DNA from: an uncultured delta proteobacterium
GTDB taxonomy: Bacteria > Desulfobacterota > BSN033 > UBA1163
Length of the DNA: 64,000 nt
Assembly (NCBI GenBank): GCA_963708295.1
Contig: CAVPSJ010000019.1
Span: 81,498-145,497 of the forward strand
Direction of reading: 5' to 3'
The notes under the pieces were generated by a model. The model saw only the letters and a program-made list of their open reading frames with translations, ran no database searches and had not been told where the DNA came from. This document shows, one piece after another, positions 38,324 through 48,000 of the stretch. Position numbers and translations under genes: made by a program. Numbering within the stretch: position 1 is the first letter of the stretch; each line of letters starts with the position of its first letter.

Positions 38324-39625
38324 ATGCTATTTTTATCCCTAGTGAGAAAAGTTCGGGTCCTTATCGAATCTTTGGCATATAAAGGGTACGGAGTGGCTCG
38401 AGTCGACGGCAAAGTGGCCTTCGTCCCCTACACCCTGGCCGGCGATGAGGCATGGGTTGAGATTACGGAGGAGAAAAAGACATACTCGGCAGGAAGGTTA
38501 ATTCAGCTCCTCAAACCTTCTCCCGGGAGAGTGACCCCCCCGTGCCCCTACTTCGGAACTTGTGGCGGCTGCCAATGGCAACACATCGACTATCCGATTC
38601 AGGCGGAGCAGAAGAAAGAGATCTTAGGAGAGACCCTCAAAAGATTGGGGGGCCTGAAGGAAATCCCTCCCATCAGCGCGGTCCCTTCGCCTAAACCCTA
38701 TGACTATCGGGTCAGGGTCCAGTTGAAAGCCAAGGGAAAAGCGATGGGCTATTATCAGGAAAGATCCCATCGGATTGTCGATGTCGAACGCTGCCCCATT
38801 TCACATCCTCTGGTCAATCAGATCATCCAAAGCCTGCGTGATCAGTTAGGCATTTTGTCTCGCATCGAAGAGGTTGAGATCAACGTCTCTCCGGAGGAAG
38901 GGAGAGGAGTCCTCTTATTCCATCCTCATTCCTCTGACCAACGGGCCGAGCCTTTCACGACAGATCTCCTCCAGCGTCAGCCGTTGTTGAAGGGGATCGC
39001 CATATCCCGAAAAGACGGACACCAACGGATCGGTGATCCTACTCTGAACTTCACCCTTCTTTTGAGTCACTGGAAAGAAAAAAGGGAACTCAAACTTCGA
39101 ATCTCCCCAGGGAGTTTTTCTCAGGTCAATCCGGAGCAGAACCAAAGACTCGTCCAGACGGTTCTTCAGTTCTCAGAAGTGAATCAGGAAGACAGGGTGT
39201 TCGATCTCTATGCCGGCGCGGGAAACCTGACGCTCTCGTTGGCCACGGAGGCGGGGGAAGTCTTGGGAATTGAAGAGAATAGAATAGCCTCCGAGGATGC
39301 ACAGTTCAACGCGGAAAGAAACGGGATTAAGAATTGTCGCTTTATTCACGGGCGGGTAGAAGATGTCCTCTTGGACTGGGAAAGAGAGTCCCCTGATCTT
39401 ATCGTCCTCGACCCTCCGAGGACAGGGTGCAGGACCATCCTCGATCCCGTGGTCAGATTGAAACCCAAAAAAATCATCTACGTCTCTTGCGAGCCGACGA
39501 CCTTTGCCCGGGACCTCCGGCTCTTTTGGGAGAGAGGGTATTCCCCGCAAAGACTTACCCTGATCGATATGTTCCCGCAGACCTACCACATGGAAACGGT
39601 GGGACTATTATTACCGAAAGCGTAA
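38324..39625 (+). CDS. rlmD: 23S rRNA m5U methyltransferase (RlmD/TrmA family, TRAM domain); start may be GTG 38342
   Basis: CPYFGTCGGCQWQH, FSQVN, DLYAGAG, LDPPRTG, YVSCEP and DMFPQTYHME. Confidence 0.9.
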   Translation: MLFLSLVRKVRVLIESLAYKGYGVARVDGKVAFVPYTLAGDEAWVEITEEKKTYSAGRLIQLLKPSPGRVTPPCPYFGTCGGCQWQHIDYPIQAEQKKEILGETLKRLGGLKEIPPISAVPSPKPYDYRVRVQLKAKGKAMGYYQERSHRIVDVERCPISHPLVNQIIQSLRDQLGILSRIEEVEINVSPEEGRGVLLFHPHSSDQRAEPFTTDLLQRQPLLKGIAISRKDGHQRIGDPTLNFTLLLSHWKEKRELKLRISPGSFSQVNPEQNQRLVQTVLQFSEVNQEDRVFDLYAGAGNLTLSLATEAGEVLGIEENRIASEDAQFNAERNGIKNCRFIHGRVEDVLLDWERESPDLIVLDPPRTGCRTILDPVVRLKPKKIIYVSCEPTTFARDLRLFWERGYSPQRLTLIDMFPQTYHMETVGLLLPKA

Positions 39626-39666
39626 CGTCAGCAGCACGGCGCTGCAGATACCAAACAAGCCACAGA

Positions 39667-39809
39667 AAATCCGAAATCCGAATATCGAAATCCGAAACAA
39701 GCTCAAAATTCCAATAACCGAATTTCCAAAACTCGTTTCAGTTTCTGTTTAGAATTTTGAATTTACGCTATTTGATATTGTTTCGAGTTTCGGATTTCGT
39801 GCTTCGAGT
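39667..39809. repeat. 7-nt-period inverted repeat array between convergent rlmD and hisG
   Basis: AAATCCG AAATCCG AATATCG AAATCCG AAACAAG / TTGTTTCGAGTTTCGGATTTCGTGCTTCGAG. Confidence 0.85.
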
Positions 39810-40682
39810 CTAAATCACTTTATTCAGCGGATATTCGATAATCCCCACCGCTCCGAGTTTCTGCAAGTTCGGAATGAGTTCCCGGACGATCTTCTCGGAA
39901 ATAATCGTCTCCACAGAAAACCAGTCATTTTGGAATAGGTTGGATACCGTCGGGGCCGTGATGCTGGGGAGGATTTCAATCACGCTCTTGAGGTCATTGG
40001 CCGATACGTTCATCTTCAGCCCAACCATCCCCTCCGCCCGGAGGGCTCCCTGAAGCAGCAGCGAGATCTGCTCGATCTTCTCCCTTTTCCAAGGGTCCTG
40101 ATAGGAAGAACGATTCGCGATCAGCTGGGTATTGGTCTGCAGGAGCTCTTCGACGATTCGCAGGTTATTGGCCCGCAACGTACTTCCGGTCTCCGTGACC
40201 TCAACGATGGCATCGCTCAACCCTTCGATGATCTTTCCCTCGGTCGCTCCCCAGGAGAACTCCACCTGGACGTGGATTTTTCGCTCGGCAAAGTATCGTT
40301 TGGTGAAATTGACAAGCTCCGTAAAGATCTTTTTCCCCTCCAAATCCTCCAAGTGGCGGATGGGAGAATCCTCTGCGACGACCAGGACCCATCGTGCAGG
40401 GGTGGGACTGGCTTTTGAATAAACCAAATCTTGGACCACGACCACATCGGAATCATTTTCCATGATCCAATCCTTCCCCGTCAGCCCTACATCCAGCGTA
40501 CCGATTTCCACAAACCTCGACATTTCCTGGGCCCTGACCAGAGTGCAGCGGATTTCATCATCATCTACGATGGGAAAGTAACTCCGGGAACTGACCGAAA
40601 TCTTCCAGCCTGACTTCCTGAAGAGCTCAATGGTGGCGTTTTCAAGACTTCCTTTAGGGATTCCAATTTTCAGTATGCTCAC
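39810..40682 (-). CDS. hisG: ATP phosphoribosyltransferase (long form)
   Basis: [37 protein letters not shown] and a C-terminal ACT-like domain. Confidence 0.96.
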   Translation of the reverse strand: MSILKIGIPKGSLENATIELFRKSGWKISVSSRSYFPIVDDDEIRCTLVRAQEMSRFVEIGTLDVGLTGKDWIMENDSDVVVVQDLVYSKASPTPARWVLVVAEDSPIRHLEDLEGKKIFTELVNFTKRYFAERKIHVQVEFSWGATEGKIIEGLSDAIVEVTETGSTLRANNLRIVEELLQTNTQLIANRSSYQDPWKREKIEQISLLLQGALRAEGMVGLKMNVSANDLKSVIEILPSITAPTVSNLFQNDWFSVETIISEKIVRELIPNLQKLGAVGIIEYPLNKVI

Positions 40683-41056
40683 TCTCCGTACACCTCCCTC
40701 GGGTCGAAAACTTTCTTTCCCTCAACCTTCCATTTCCCTTTTTCAAACCGTTGGTGGAAGCAGCTCCGGAAACCGGTATGACAGGCAGCCCCTCCCTTCT
40801 GATCCACCTTGAGCAGGAGGGTATCTCCGTCACAGTCAAGATAAATTTCCTTGATCTCCTGAAAGTTCCCCGACGTCTCTCCCTTTACCCAAAGCTTATG
40901 GCGAGACCTTGACCAGAAGGACGCCTTTTTCGTCTCCAGCGTCTTCTCCCACGATTCTCGATTCATGTAGCCTAACATCAAGACTTCATCGGTGGAGGCG
41001 TCCTGGATGATGACCGGGATGAGCCCGTCCCCTTTCTGAAAATCGATCTCGATCAA
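40679..41056 (-). CDS. hisI: Phosphoribosyl-AMP cyclohydrolase
   Basis: [20 protein letters not shown] and [10 protein letters not shown]. Confidence 0.96.
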   Translation of the reverse strand: MIEIDFQKGDGLIPVIIQDASTDEVLMLGYMNRESWEKTLETKKASFWSRSRHKLWVKGETSGNFQEIKEIYLDCDGDTLLLKVDQKGGAACHTGFRSCFHQRFEKGKWKVEGKKVFDPREVYGE

Positions 41057-41077
41057 TTTATCTCCTCCTTGGAGAAG

Positions 41078-41153
41078 TTCGGAGTAGTTTCGTTCGGAGT
41101 TCGGAGGGCATCATTCATATATCGATATATCCCCGAACTCTGAACTCCGAGCT
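41078..41153. repeat. 7-nt-period inverted repeat array (GTTCGGA type)
   Basis: GTTCGGAG..GTTCGGAGTTCGGAG / CCCCGAACTCTGAACTCCGAGC. Confidence 0.7.
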
Positions 41154-41956
41154 CATGACTGCTGCTCTGCGAGCAGCTTCGCCATCTGGGCAGCGTTCTT
41201 AGCCGCAGACCCGGAATAACAGTTATTAAAAAAGATGAGGGTCTTCGCCGTCCTCTTGGAAATGTCCTTGATCCCTGGAACAAATTCCTTCAGCTCTTCC
41301 TCGCGGTAAAGGTAATCATACCGCACCTTCAACGGAACGTTGAACCAATTCGGATTTCTGCCGTGGAATCGGAAATAACCGATTTCCGAAGTCGCCTTGG
41401 GATGGTACGGCATCAACTGGGGCAATCTGGGTTCGTCCACGATGCAGAAACCGATCTCCTTTTTCTCCAAGAGTTGGAAGGTGTCTTCCTTCAACCAGGA
41501 TTTGTTCCGGAACTCAACCACCAGCGGAATCTCCTCCATCTCTTCTTTGAACTCCTGAAGATAACTCAGATTCTCCCGGCTGGGAAAGAATCCGTAAGGA
41601 AACTGGGCCAGGACACAAGCCAGCTTCTTCTCTTCGATCAGGGGAACAAGGCCATATACAAATTTCTTAAAGGTTTCCCGATGATCGATCCTTGTACGAG
41701 TTTCCTTATTCCAGATTTCATGGGTCATCCCCTTAAAAGACTTTACCACAAATTCAAAATTCTCGGAGGTCTTTTGGGCCATTCCCGCCAGACTCTTCTG
41801 GGAGGGAAGGGTATAATAGGTGAAATTGACCTCCAGGACACGGAACCCTAACTCCTTTTCATAGAAGGGTAACATGTCTTTTTCTCGAATGCCCTCAGGA
41901 TAAACCGTTCCCTTCCAATCCGGGAACGAGAACCCGCTCGTACCGACCTTGATCAT
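41153..41956 (-). CDS. DUF72 domain protein
   Basis: VGTSGFSFPDWKGTVYP, EVNFTYY, VEFRN, YFRFHGRN, YDYLY and FFNN. Confidence 0.92.
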   Translation of the reverse strand: MIKVGTSGFSFPDWKGTVYPEGIREKDMLPFYEKELGFRVLEVNFTYYTLPSQKSLAGMAQKTSENFEFVVKSFKGMTHEIWNKETRTRIDHRETFKKFVYGLVPLIEEKKLACVLAQFPYGFFPSRENLSYLQEFKEEMEEIPLVVEFRNKSWLKEDTFQLLEKKEIGFCIVDEPRLPQLMPYHPKATSEIGYFRFHGRNPNWFNVPLKVRYDYLYREEELKEFVPGIKDISKRTAKTLIFFNNCYSGSAAKNAAQMAKLLAEQQS

Positions 41957-42164
41957 CTCTCGCCTCGGAGCCCCACGATCCGGCGTAGAAGGTCTCAACC
42001 GAGAGCTCGCACGGAGCAATATCCCAACCGACGAATAGGCAATTTTTTCTGCAGGGATAAAGGAATCGGGCCCGAGGGCCCGATATCTTAAAAGATAGAA
42101 CGAATGGAAGGAAGTTGTCAACCCCGATGTTGCGAGGGTCGGGAGCAATGAGTTAAGAAGGGGC

Positions 42165-42962
42165 ATGGCCAGACATCAGGTGATTCTGACATTTTTCATT
42201 TCTTTCTTGGTCTTCTCCGCCTGGATGGTTGAATCAGTACAGCCTCAAGAAATCGGAACAAAGGAACAGATCATCGCCAAATTTTCCGGCCGCGTCCCTC
42301 GCGAATGGGGAGAGGTCGTGAAGGGGGTCAGAACCAGATTGATGACCGACCAGAGGGTCTTAGCACTGACTTTCGATGCCTGTGGCGGCCCGAAGGGAAG
42401 TGGTTATGATGCTACGGTGATCGACTTTTTGACCCGTGACGCGATTCCTGCCACATTGTTCATCAGCGGCAAATGGATTGATGCAAACCCCGGTCTTCTC
42501 CAGGCATTATCCAGAAACCCTCTCTTTGAAATCGAAAATCATGGGTTGAAGCATAAACCATGTTCAGCGATCGGCCGCTCGGCCCATGGAAAAAAAGGGA
42601 CAAAGAATGTTGGAGAGATTTTCGATGAAATAGAATTGAATGCTTTAAGAATTCAAAGCATCACTGGCCATAGACCAAAATATTACCGACCCGGGACAGC
42701 CTATGGCGATGACGTTTGCGTAGAGATCGCCAACGCCCTAGGGTATGAAGCGGTGAATTTTAGTGTTCGGGGGGATGCGGGTGCCACCTATTCAAAGCAG
42801 CAAGTAGAAGAAACCCTCCTCCATTCTCCTCCTGCTTCGATCGTTCTCATGCACATGAACCATCCTGAAAGCCAAACGGCAGCGGGTGTAATCGAGGCCG
42901 TTCCTGAACTACGAAAACGTGGGTTCAGATTTGTAAAGTTGTCTGGCTTCGCATTGAAATAG
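42165..42962 (+). CDS. Exported polysaccharide deacetylase (CE4/NodB)
   Basis: ALTFDACGG, IENHG..H, YRPG and LMHMNHP. Confidence 0.9.
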   Translation: MARHQVILTFFISFLVFSAWMVESVQPQEIGTKEQIIAKFSGRVPREWGEVVKGVRTRLMTDQRVLALTFDACGGPKGSGYDATVIDFLTRDAIPATLFISGKWIDANPGLLQALSRNPLFEIENHGLKHKPCSAIGRSAHGKKGTKNVGEIFDEIELNALRIQSITGHRPKYYRPGTAYGDDVCVEIANALGYEAVNFSVRGDAGATYSKQQVEETLLHSPPASIVLMHMNHPESQTAAGVIEAVPELRKRGFRFVKLSGFALK

Positions 42963-43013
42963 GGACCCATCCCATGGATCCCGCGACCACAGAATACAGA
43001 CGTGTCCCTATGT

Positions 43014-44093
43014 TCACCCGATGCATTGCTTCATGACCCGGAATAAATTGCCCCCCATGTAGGCTGCGATTTCGCTTCGTTTAAACCCAACTTCATCCAT
43101 GGCCTCCACCAACTTCGGAAGATCCAAAATACTCTCATAATCGTCGATCAGGGCTGGAAGCCCACCTCCTCCATCCGTTCCCAGACCTACATGTTCGATT
43201 CCAATCTCTCTGGCAATTTCGAGATTTTCTTTTGCCCAATCAAGAAAGCTCGTGCGATGGTGGCTATCATCAACATACCAGCCCATAGGCCATGTGCAGA
43301 CGACCCCTCCTGTTTCTGCGACCATTTCCATCTCCTCAAAAGCACGTAACCTTGTCGTACCATACGGATTTTCCCTATGGGTCAGGCTCGTGTGGGAATC
43401 GATAATGGGAACACCATTGATGCGAGCTATCTCAGCAACCCCTTGAAGGGTATTGATATGAGCATGAGCTATATCCACAATGATCCCCAAAGATACCATC
43501 CGCTCTACCATCTGCTGTCCGACAGCAGTTAGACCGCCATTGGATGGTGCCGCGGTCATAATATCCCCAATGAGATTGATCTTCTTATGCATAGGAGTAA
43601 TCAGACGCACCCCTAGATCATAAAGCTCATCAACCCGATTGGGATCCGTTTCTAAAGGAGTTGCGCCTTCCACGGCCAATATCGCACCGGGAGTAAATCC
43701 CGGAGGGTGATTAGAATGGGCCAAGTCCGAATGTCTCCTCATGATTTTGATTTTTCCTTCGGCTTCGAGGGCTATCACGTCGAGAAGGTGACCGATTAAA
43801 CTCTGAAACCCTACTGTGGGATTTTCATCTTCGACCACAGCAAAACAGCTTGCGTTCATTCCGATATCCATTATGTCTTCCAGCGTTGATGTTTTATCAC
43901 AGAAGAAATCCGTACAGGGAAAAATGTCCGGATGGGCGTGGGCATCAATAACCAGCATCCCCTGAGGAAAACCATTGGTCTTTTCATTTGTCAGCCACTT
44001 CGCATCGGCAGAAGTTTTTCCAAGAGCGACGGATGCGCCTAACAATGAACAACACTTCAAAAATTCTCTTCTGTTCATAATTGCCCCCCTCAA
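43014..44093 (-). CDS. Tat-exported membrane dipeptidase (M19) family protein
   Basis: NRREFLK Tat motif, DAHAH, VEG, VDIAH, DSHT and HVGLGTD. Confidence 0.88.
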   Translation of the reverse strand: MRGAIMNRREFLKCCSLLGASVALGKTSADAKWLTNEKTNGFPQGMLVIDAHAHPDIFPCTDFFCDKTSTLEDIMDIGMNASCFAVVEDENPTVGFQSLIGHLLDVIALEAEGKIKIMRRHSDLAHSNHPPGFTPGAILAVEGATPLETDPNRVDELYDLGVRLITPMHKKINLIGDIMTAAPSNGGLTAVGQQMVERMVSLGIIVDIAHAHINTLQGVAEIARINGVPIIDSHTSLTHRENPYGTTRLRAFEEMEMVAETGGVVCTWPMGWYVDDSHHRTSFLDWAKENLEIAREIGIEHVGLGTDGGGGLPALIDDYESILDLPKLVEAMDEVGFKRSEIAAYMGGNLFRVMKQCIG

Positions 44094-44344
44094 ATTTTTA
44101 CTTTTTCTATTCAGGCTCTGCAGCCGGTTGCAGGATTGTCAAATCAATCTTTTCATATCGCGGAAAGAAATATCGTGGAGCCTTCCAGGCTTTTTCATCT
44201 CTACTTTACTGATAATTTTTCTTATTGTCAAAGATTATCGGGAAGTATTCTAGGAGGATAAAGTGGTGTAAATACCTGTAAAAACGCGGTCACGGAGACA
44301 CTCCCACTTTTGCATCGCGGGAAAAATGGGATGTGTCCCCATGA

Positions 44345-46660
44345 TTAGTAGAGGAGATATTTCGACCGGAGCATGCAAAACTGTTCCAGTGGCCCCTGCC
44401 AGTCCTGCACAATGGCGGCGGGATCTTGACCCGCCTTAATGGCCTGCAGAACCTTGCGTGAACCGATCAGCCCCACTGTCTTGTCGATCTGGAAGTTCTT
44501 CGGATAGAGCCTGTAAAGGGCACTGGCAATTTCCAGTCCCAGAGCGGGAGAATCCAGCATCTGTCGATTGAGAAGAACGATCCGGACCCCGTGGCACGAC
44601 TGATTCTTGAAAGGGCCGCTTTTGGGTTTGAAGTCCATCGGGATGAATTGGACCCCCTGGACATTCCGATCATTCAGGTAGGACGCTAGCTCTTCTCCGT
44701 TCATCCAGGGGGCTCCGAAGAGTTCAAAGGGCGTCTTCGTCCCGCGACCCACGCTCACGTTTGCGCCTTCCACCATGGCTACTCCAGGATAAAGGATGGC
44801 TTCCGTGAGCGTCTGCAGGTTGGGAGACGGACTTAGCCACAATAAGCCGGTCTCGTCGTACCAGTGGCCGCGTTCATAACCTTGCATTTTGATGACGTGC
44901 AACTTCACCCCCATCTTCTTTTCTGCATTGAACATCTTGGCCAGTTCCCCCACGGTCATACCGTGCCGGATTGGGAGAGGAAAATATCCGACAAAGGACC
45001 TCAAATTGCTGTCCAGGACAGGCCCCTGAACCAGCAACGCATTGATCGGATTCGGCCTGTCGAGAACGTAGAAAGGGATCCCCTTCTTTGCACATGCTTC
45101 CATCGCGTAACCCATGGTCGTGATATACGTGTAGAAGCGAGCGCCTGCATCCTGGATGTCGAAGACAAGCGCATCCAGACCGGCGAGCATCCTGTTGGTG
45201 GGGGACAAAGTATCTCCGTAAAGACTGTAAATAGGGAGGCCTGTCAAATTCTCTTTCGTCGAGGAGACCTTTCCTTCCGCCCTTCCCGAAAAACCGTGCT
45301 CCGGGGTAAAAAGCGTCACCAGTTTTACTCCCGGAGCTTTGTGGAGAAGATCGACGGTGCGTCTTCCGGTGGAATCGATTCCCGAATGATTGGTAATCAG
45401 CCCTAAACGCAACCCAGCCAGGGAGTTAAACTTCTCCGAAGCCAGGACATCGATTCCTGTTTGCACCTTTTCATGATTGCTCTCCCCCGGTTCAACCTGG
45501 CTGGGCAACGTCCTGCTGGCGAGATGACGCTCCATCGAAACCGGGCCAATCGTTCCATTTACAAAAGACAGTATCTTGGTTCGCAACGACTCCACTTTTC
45601 CTTTGCCGTTTGGGTGGACCCGATTGGTCAGGATAATCACATAAGTATTGGAAACCGGATCAATCCAGATTCCGGTTCCGGTGAATCCTTTGTGTCCGTA
45701 GGAGCCTTCGGAGGCGAGGGACGAGTCGATATTCCAGCCCAGTCCCCTCAAAGGCATCTTGTCAGGCGGGGATTGGGGGGTGGTCATGTTCTTGACCGTC
45801 CGAGGGCTGAGAATCTGCACGTTTTTTCTCCTGCCCCCATCGAGGACCATCTGGGCGAAGATGGCAAGATCATCCACAGTCGAGAAAAGCCCGGCGTGTC
45901 CGGCCACACCCCCCATATTGTGGGCGATCGGATCATGAACTTCTCCCCAGAGCATTTTCCCTGTCCCGTTTTGGTACTCGGTGGGTGCGATGCGAGATCG
46001 GAAATCAGACGAAGGCTTAAACCCCGTATCGTCCATTTCCAAAGGCCTGAAAATATGCTCGGCGCAATAAGCGTCCAGGGGCTCCCCCGAGAGGCGCCAG
46101 ACAAGCTCGCCCAGTATGATAAAATTGATGTCGCTATAAATGAAATTTGTCCCGGGAGGGGAGAGAGGTTTCTCTTCTTCAATCATTCTCAGGGCAGCGA
46201 CGTACCCTGACCAATGGGGCTTCATGTCCAGAGCGGGTCGAAGACCGGAATAGTGCGTCAGGACATCGCGCACCGTGATCTCTTCTTTGCCGCTTCCCTT
46301 AAACTCAGGCCAGTATTTGGCAACCGGGTCTTCGAGATTCAATTTTCCATTCTCCACCAGCTGCATCATCGCCGTGGACGTTGCGACGACCTTCGTCAGG
46401 GAAGCGATATCAAAGATGGTATGGATGGTCATGGGGACTTTCTTCGGTTTGAGTGCGCTCAGGCCGAAAACCTGACGATAGATTATCTTCCCCTCATGAC
46501 CGATGAGAATGACAGCGCCGGGAATTTTGCCGGCTTGAATCGCCTTCCTCGTTATCTCCGAAATGGGCGCCATTTGCTCTTCCCGAAGCGCCTGAGAGGA
46601 CGCGGAGCCGGCCACGATCATAGAGAATATCAGCGGAAAGAGAATCCTCCACACCATCAA
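44345..46660 (-). CDS. Fusion of a beta-lactamase-family serine hydrolase and DUF1343/NamZ exo-beta-N-acetylmuramidase
   Basis: N half: SLTK (SxxK), YSD and HKGFTG; C half: ITNHSG, PEHG, FDIQDAGARFYTY, LDRPNP, RHGMTVGE, SPNL and VGRGT. Confidence 0.92.
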   Translation of the reverse strand: MMVWRILFPLIFSMIVAGSASSQALREEQMAPISEITRKAIQAGKIPGAVILIGHEGKIIYRQVFGLSALKPKKVPMTIHTIFDIASLTKVVATSTAMMQLVENGKLNLEDPVAKYWPEFKGSGKEEITVRDVLTHYSGLRPALDMKPHWSGYVAALRMIEEEKPLSPPGTNFIYSDINFIILGELVWRLSGEPLDAYCAEHIFRPLEMDDTGFKPSSDFRSRIAPTEYQNGTGKMLWGEVHDPIAHNMGGVAGHAGLFSTVDDLAIFAQMVLDGGRRKNVQILSPRTVKNMTTPQSPPDKMPLRGLGWNIDSSLASEGSYGHKGFTGTGIWIDPVSNTYVIILTNRVHPNGKGKVESLRTKILSFVNGTIGPVSMERHLASRTLPSQVEPGESNHEKVQTGIDVLASEKFNSLAGLRLGLITNHSGIDSTGRRTVDLLHKAPGVKLVTLFTPEHGFSGRAEGKVSSTKENLTGLPIYSLYGDTLSPTNRMLAGLDALVFDIQDAGARFYTYITTMGYAMEACAKKGIPFYVLDRPNPINALLVQGPVLDSNLRSFVGYFPLPIRHGMTVGELAKMFNAEKKMGVKLHVIKMQGYERGHWYDETGLLWLSPSPNLQTLTEAILYPGVAMVEGANVSVGRGTKTPFELFGAPWMNGEELASYLNDRNVQGVQFIPMDFKPKSGPFKNQSCHGVRIVLLNRQMLDSPALGLEIASALYRLYPKNFQIDKTVGLIGSRKVLQAIKAGQDPAAIVQDWQGPLEQFCMLRSKYLLY

Positions 46661-46718
46661 AGTTCTCTGCCCTTTGAAGCGGTCTTCTAGAATTTCTGGC
46701 GAATGAACCGAACGAATC

Positions 46719-47996
46719 TCAGCCCAAGGGCTTTTCTTTTTTCAGGCCTGCTGACGAATAAGAGTTCCTTGGATTCCAGAGCATCCAGCCATGGGAACCA
46801 AATCCTTCAGCCGCCCTGACCTCTCCCATGATCTCTTTATCATTAAAGTTTCTTCCGTCAAAGGCGTAATCTCTGAATGCCTGTAGCCACGGTCTGAAAC
46901 GATGGGATGGGAGATTGGTCCGTTCCTGGGCTCGTTTGAGGGAAAGATAAATGATTTCATAGGGGTTTGCAACAGGATTTCTGTAACCGGGAATCCCAAA
47001 CTGAAATCCGGATGGGTAAAGCATCGGGCAGAGATAGTCCAGATGAGAGGCAAGGTCTTCAAGCCTTTGTCCGATCTTGGTATCGTTGAGATTCCAACAA
47101 ACATAACCGAAGATATCCCCAGAGAGAAAAACATTGTAAGGAGCCAGTCTCCTCCTGGCTTCCATGAGAAACCCGGAAATGGCCTGGACCCTGTTCTCCT
47201 CTGTATTGGGCATTGAAAACCGGGGGGCCGAGGCGTCAGGAAACCGAACGTAATCGAACTGGATTTCATCAAATCCGTATTGAGCCGCTTCGATGGCAAC
47301 ATTAATATTATAGTCCCATACCTCCTTATTAAATGGATCCACCCACGCCAGGTTTTCCCGATCGCGCCATGTTTCTCCGCTCTGAGTCTTTATCGCCCAG
47401 TCAGGCTTTGCCTGGGCGAGGGGATTGTCTTTAAACACAACGATCCGTGCAATGGTATAGATTCCTTTTTCTTTCAGGGACTTCATCAGAGGAGCCATTT
47501 CTCTGACGGTGGTGATTCGTTGAGCGCCCACTTCAGCGGCCAGGGGGACAGCGCTCTTATAAGGAATCATGCCTTTGTCCCCTTTCACGTCGATGACAAG
47601 GGCATTGAGCTCGGTCTCCTCGATGAGTCGGATTGCGGATTCCCGCAGGCCCCTATCCCCTATTCCGTAAAAGGAGAGGTAAAGGGCTTTGGGTGTGAAG
47701 GGCATGAGCTTGATCTCCTGGGGTGTCGTGTCGAGAGGAGTGATAGTCTGCTCGGCTCTTCCGTATCCAGGCGCCCTCACCGCCAGTTTATTCAACGCCG
47801 TGTTCACGGTGAAAATCCCATTTTCGTCCGTCAGGACCACATCATTATTCAAAGTAACGAACGCTCCTTTGACCGGCTTCCCCGTGAAAAAATCGACCAC
47901 TCTTCCTGTGGTATAGGCCACGCTATAGACGGGCAGCAATAGGAGAAGGATCGCGGTCAATAACATGAATGTCTTACGTCCTCTCGAGATAAACAT
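46719..47996 (-). CDS. Putative exported glycoside hydrolase (DUF4015-like) with N-terminal carboxypeptidase-regulatory-like domain
   Basis: NALVIDVK, IARIVVFKD, GFDEIQFDYVRFPD, PMLYPS, RPWLQAF and WMLWNP. Confidence 0.85.
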   Translation of the reverse strand: MFISRGRKTFMLLTAILLLLLPVYSVAYTTGRVVDFFTGKPVKGAFVTLNNDVVLTDENGIFTVNTALNKLAVRAPGYGRAEQTITPLDTTPQEIKLMPFTPKALYLSFYGIGDRGLRESAIRLIEETELNALVIDVKGDKGMIPYKSAVPLAAEVGAQRITTVREMAPLMKSLKEKGIYTIARIVVFKDNPLAQAKPDWAIKTQSGETWRDRENLAWVDPFNKEVWDYNINVAIEAAQYGFDEIQFDYVRFPDASAPRFSMPNTEENRVQAISGFLMEARRRLAPYNVFLSGDIFGYVCWNLNDTKIGQRLEDLASHLDYLCPMLYPSGFQFGIPGYRNPVANPYEIIYLSLKRAQERTNLPSHRFRPWLQAFRDYAFDGRNFNDKEIMGEVRAAEGFGSHGWMLWNPRNSYSSAGLKKEKPLG

Positions 47997-48000
47997 CTTT

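Noticed and set aside
541-41153. Periodic arrays considered as CRISPR arrays
   Set aside because: Units are 7-8 nt and degenerate, with no unique spacers and no cas genes
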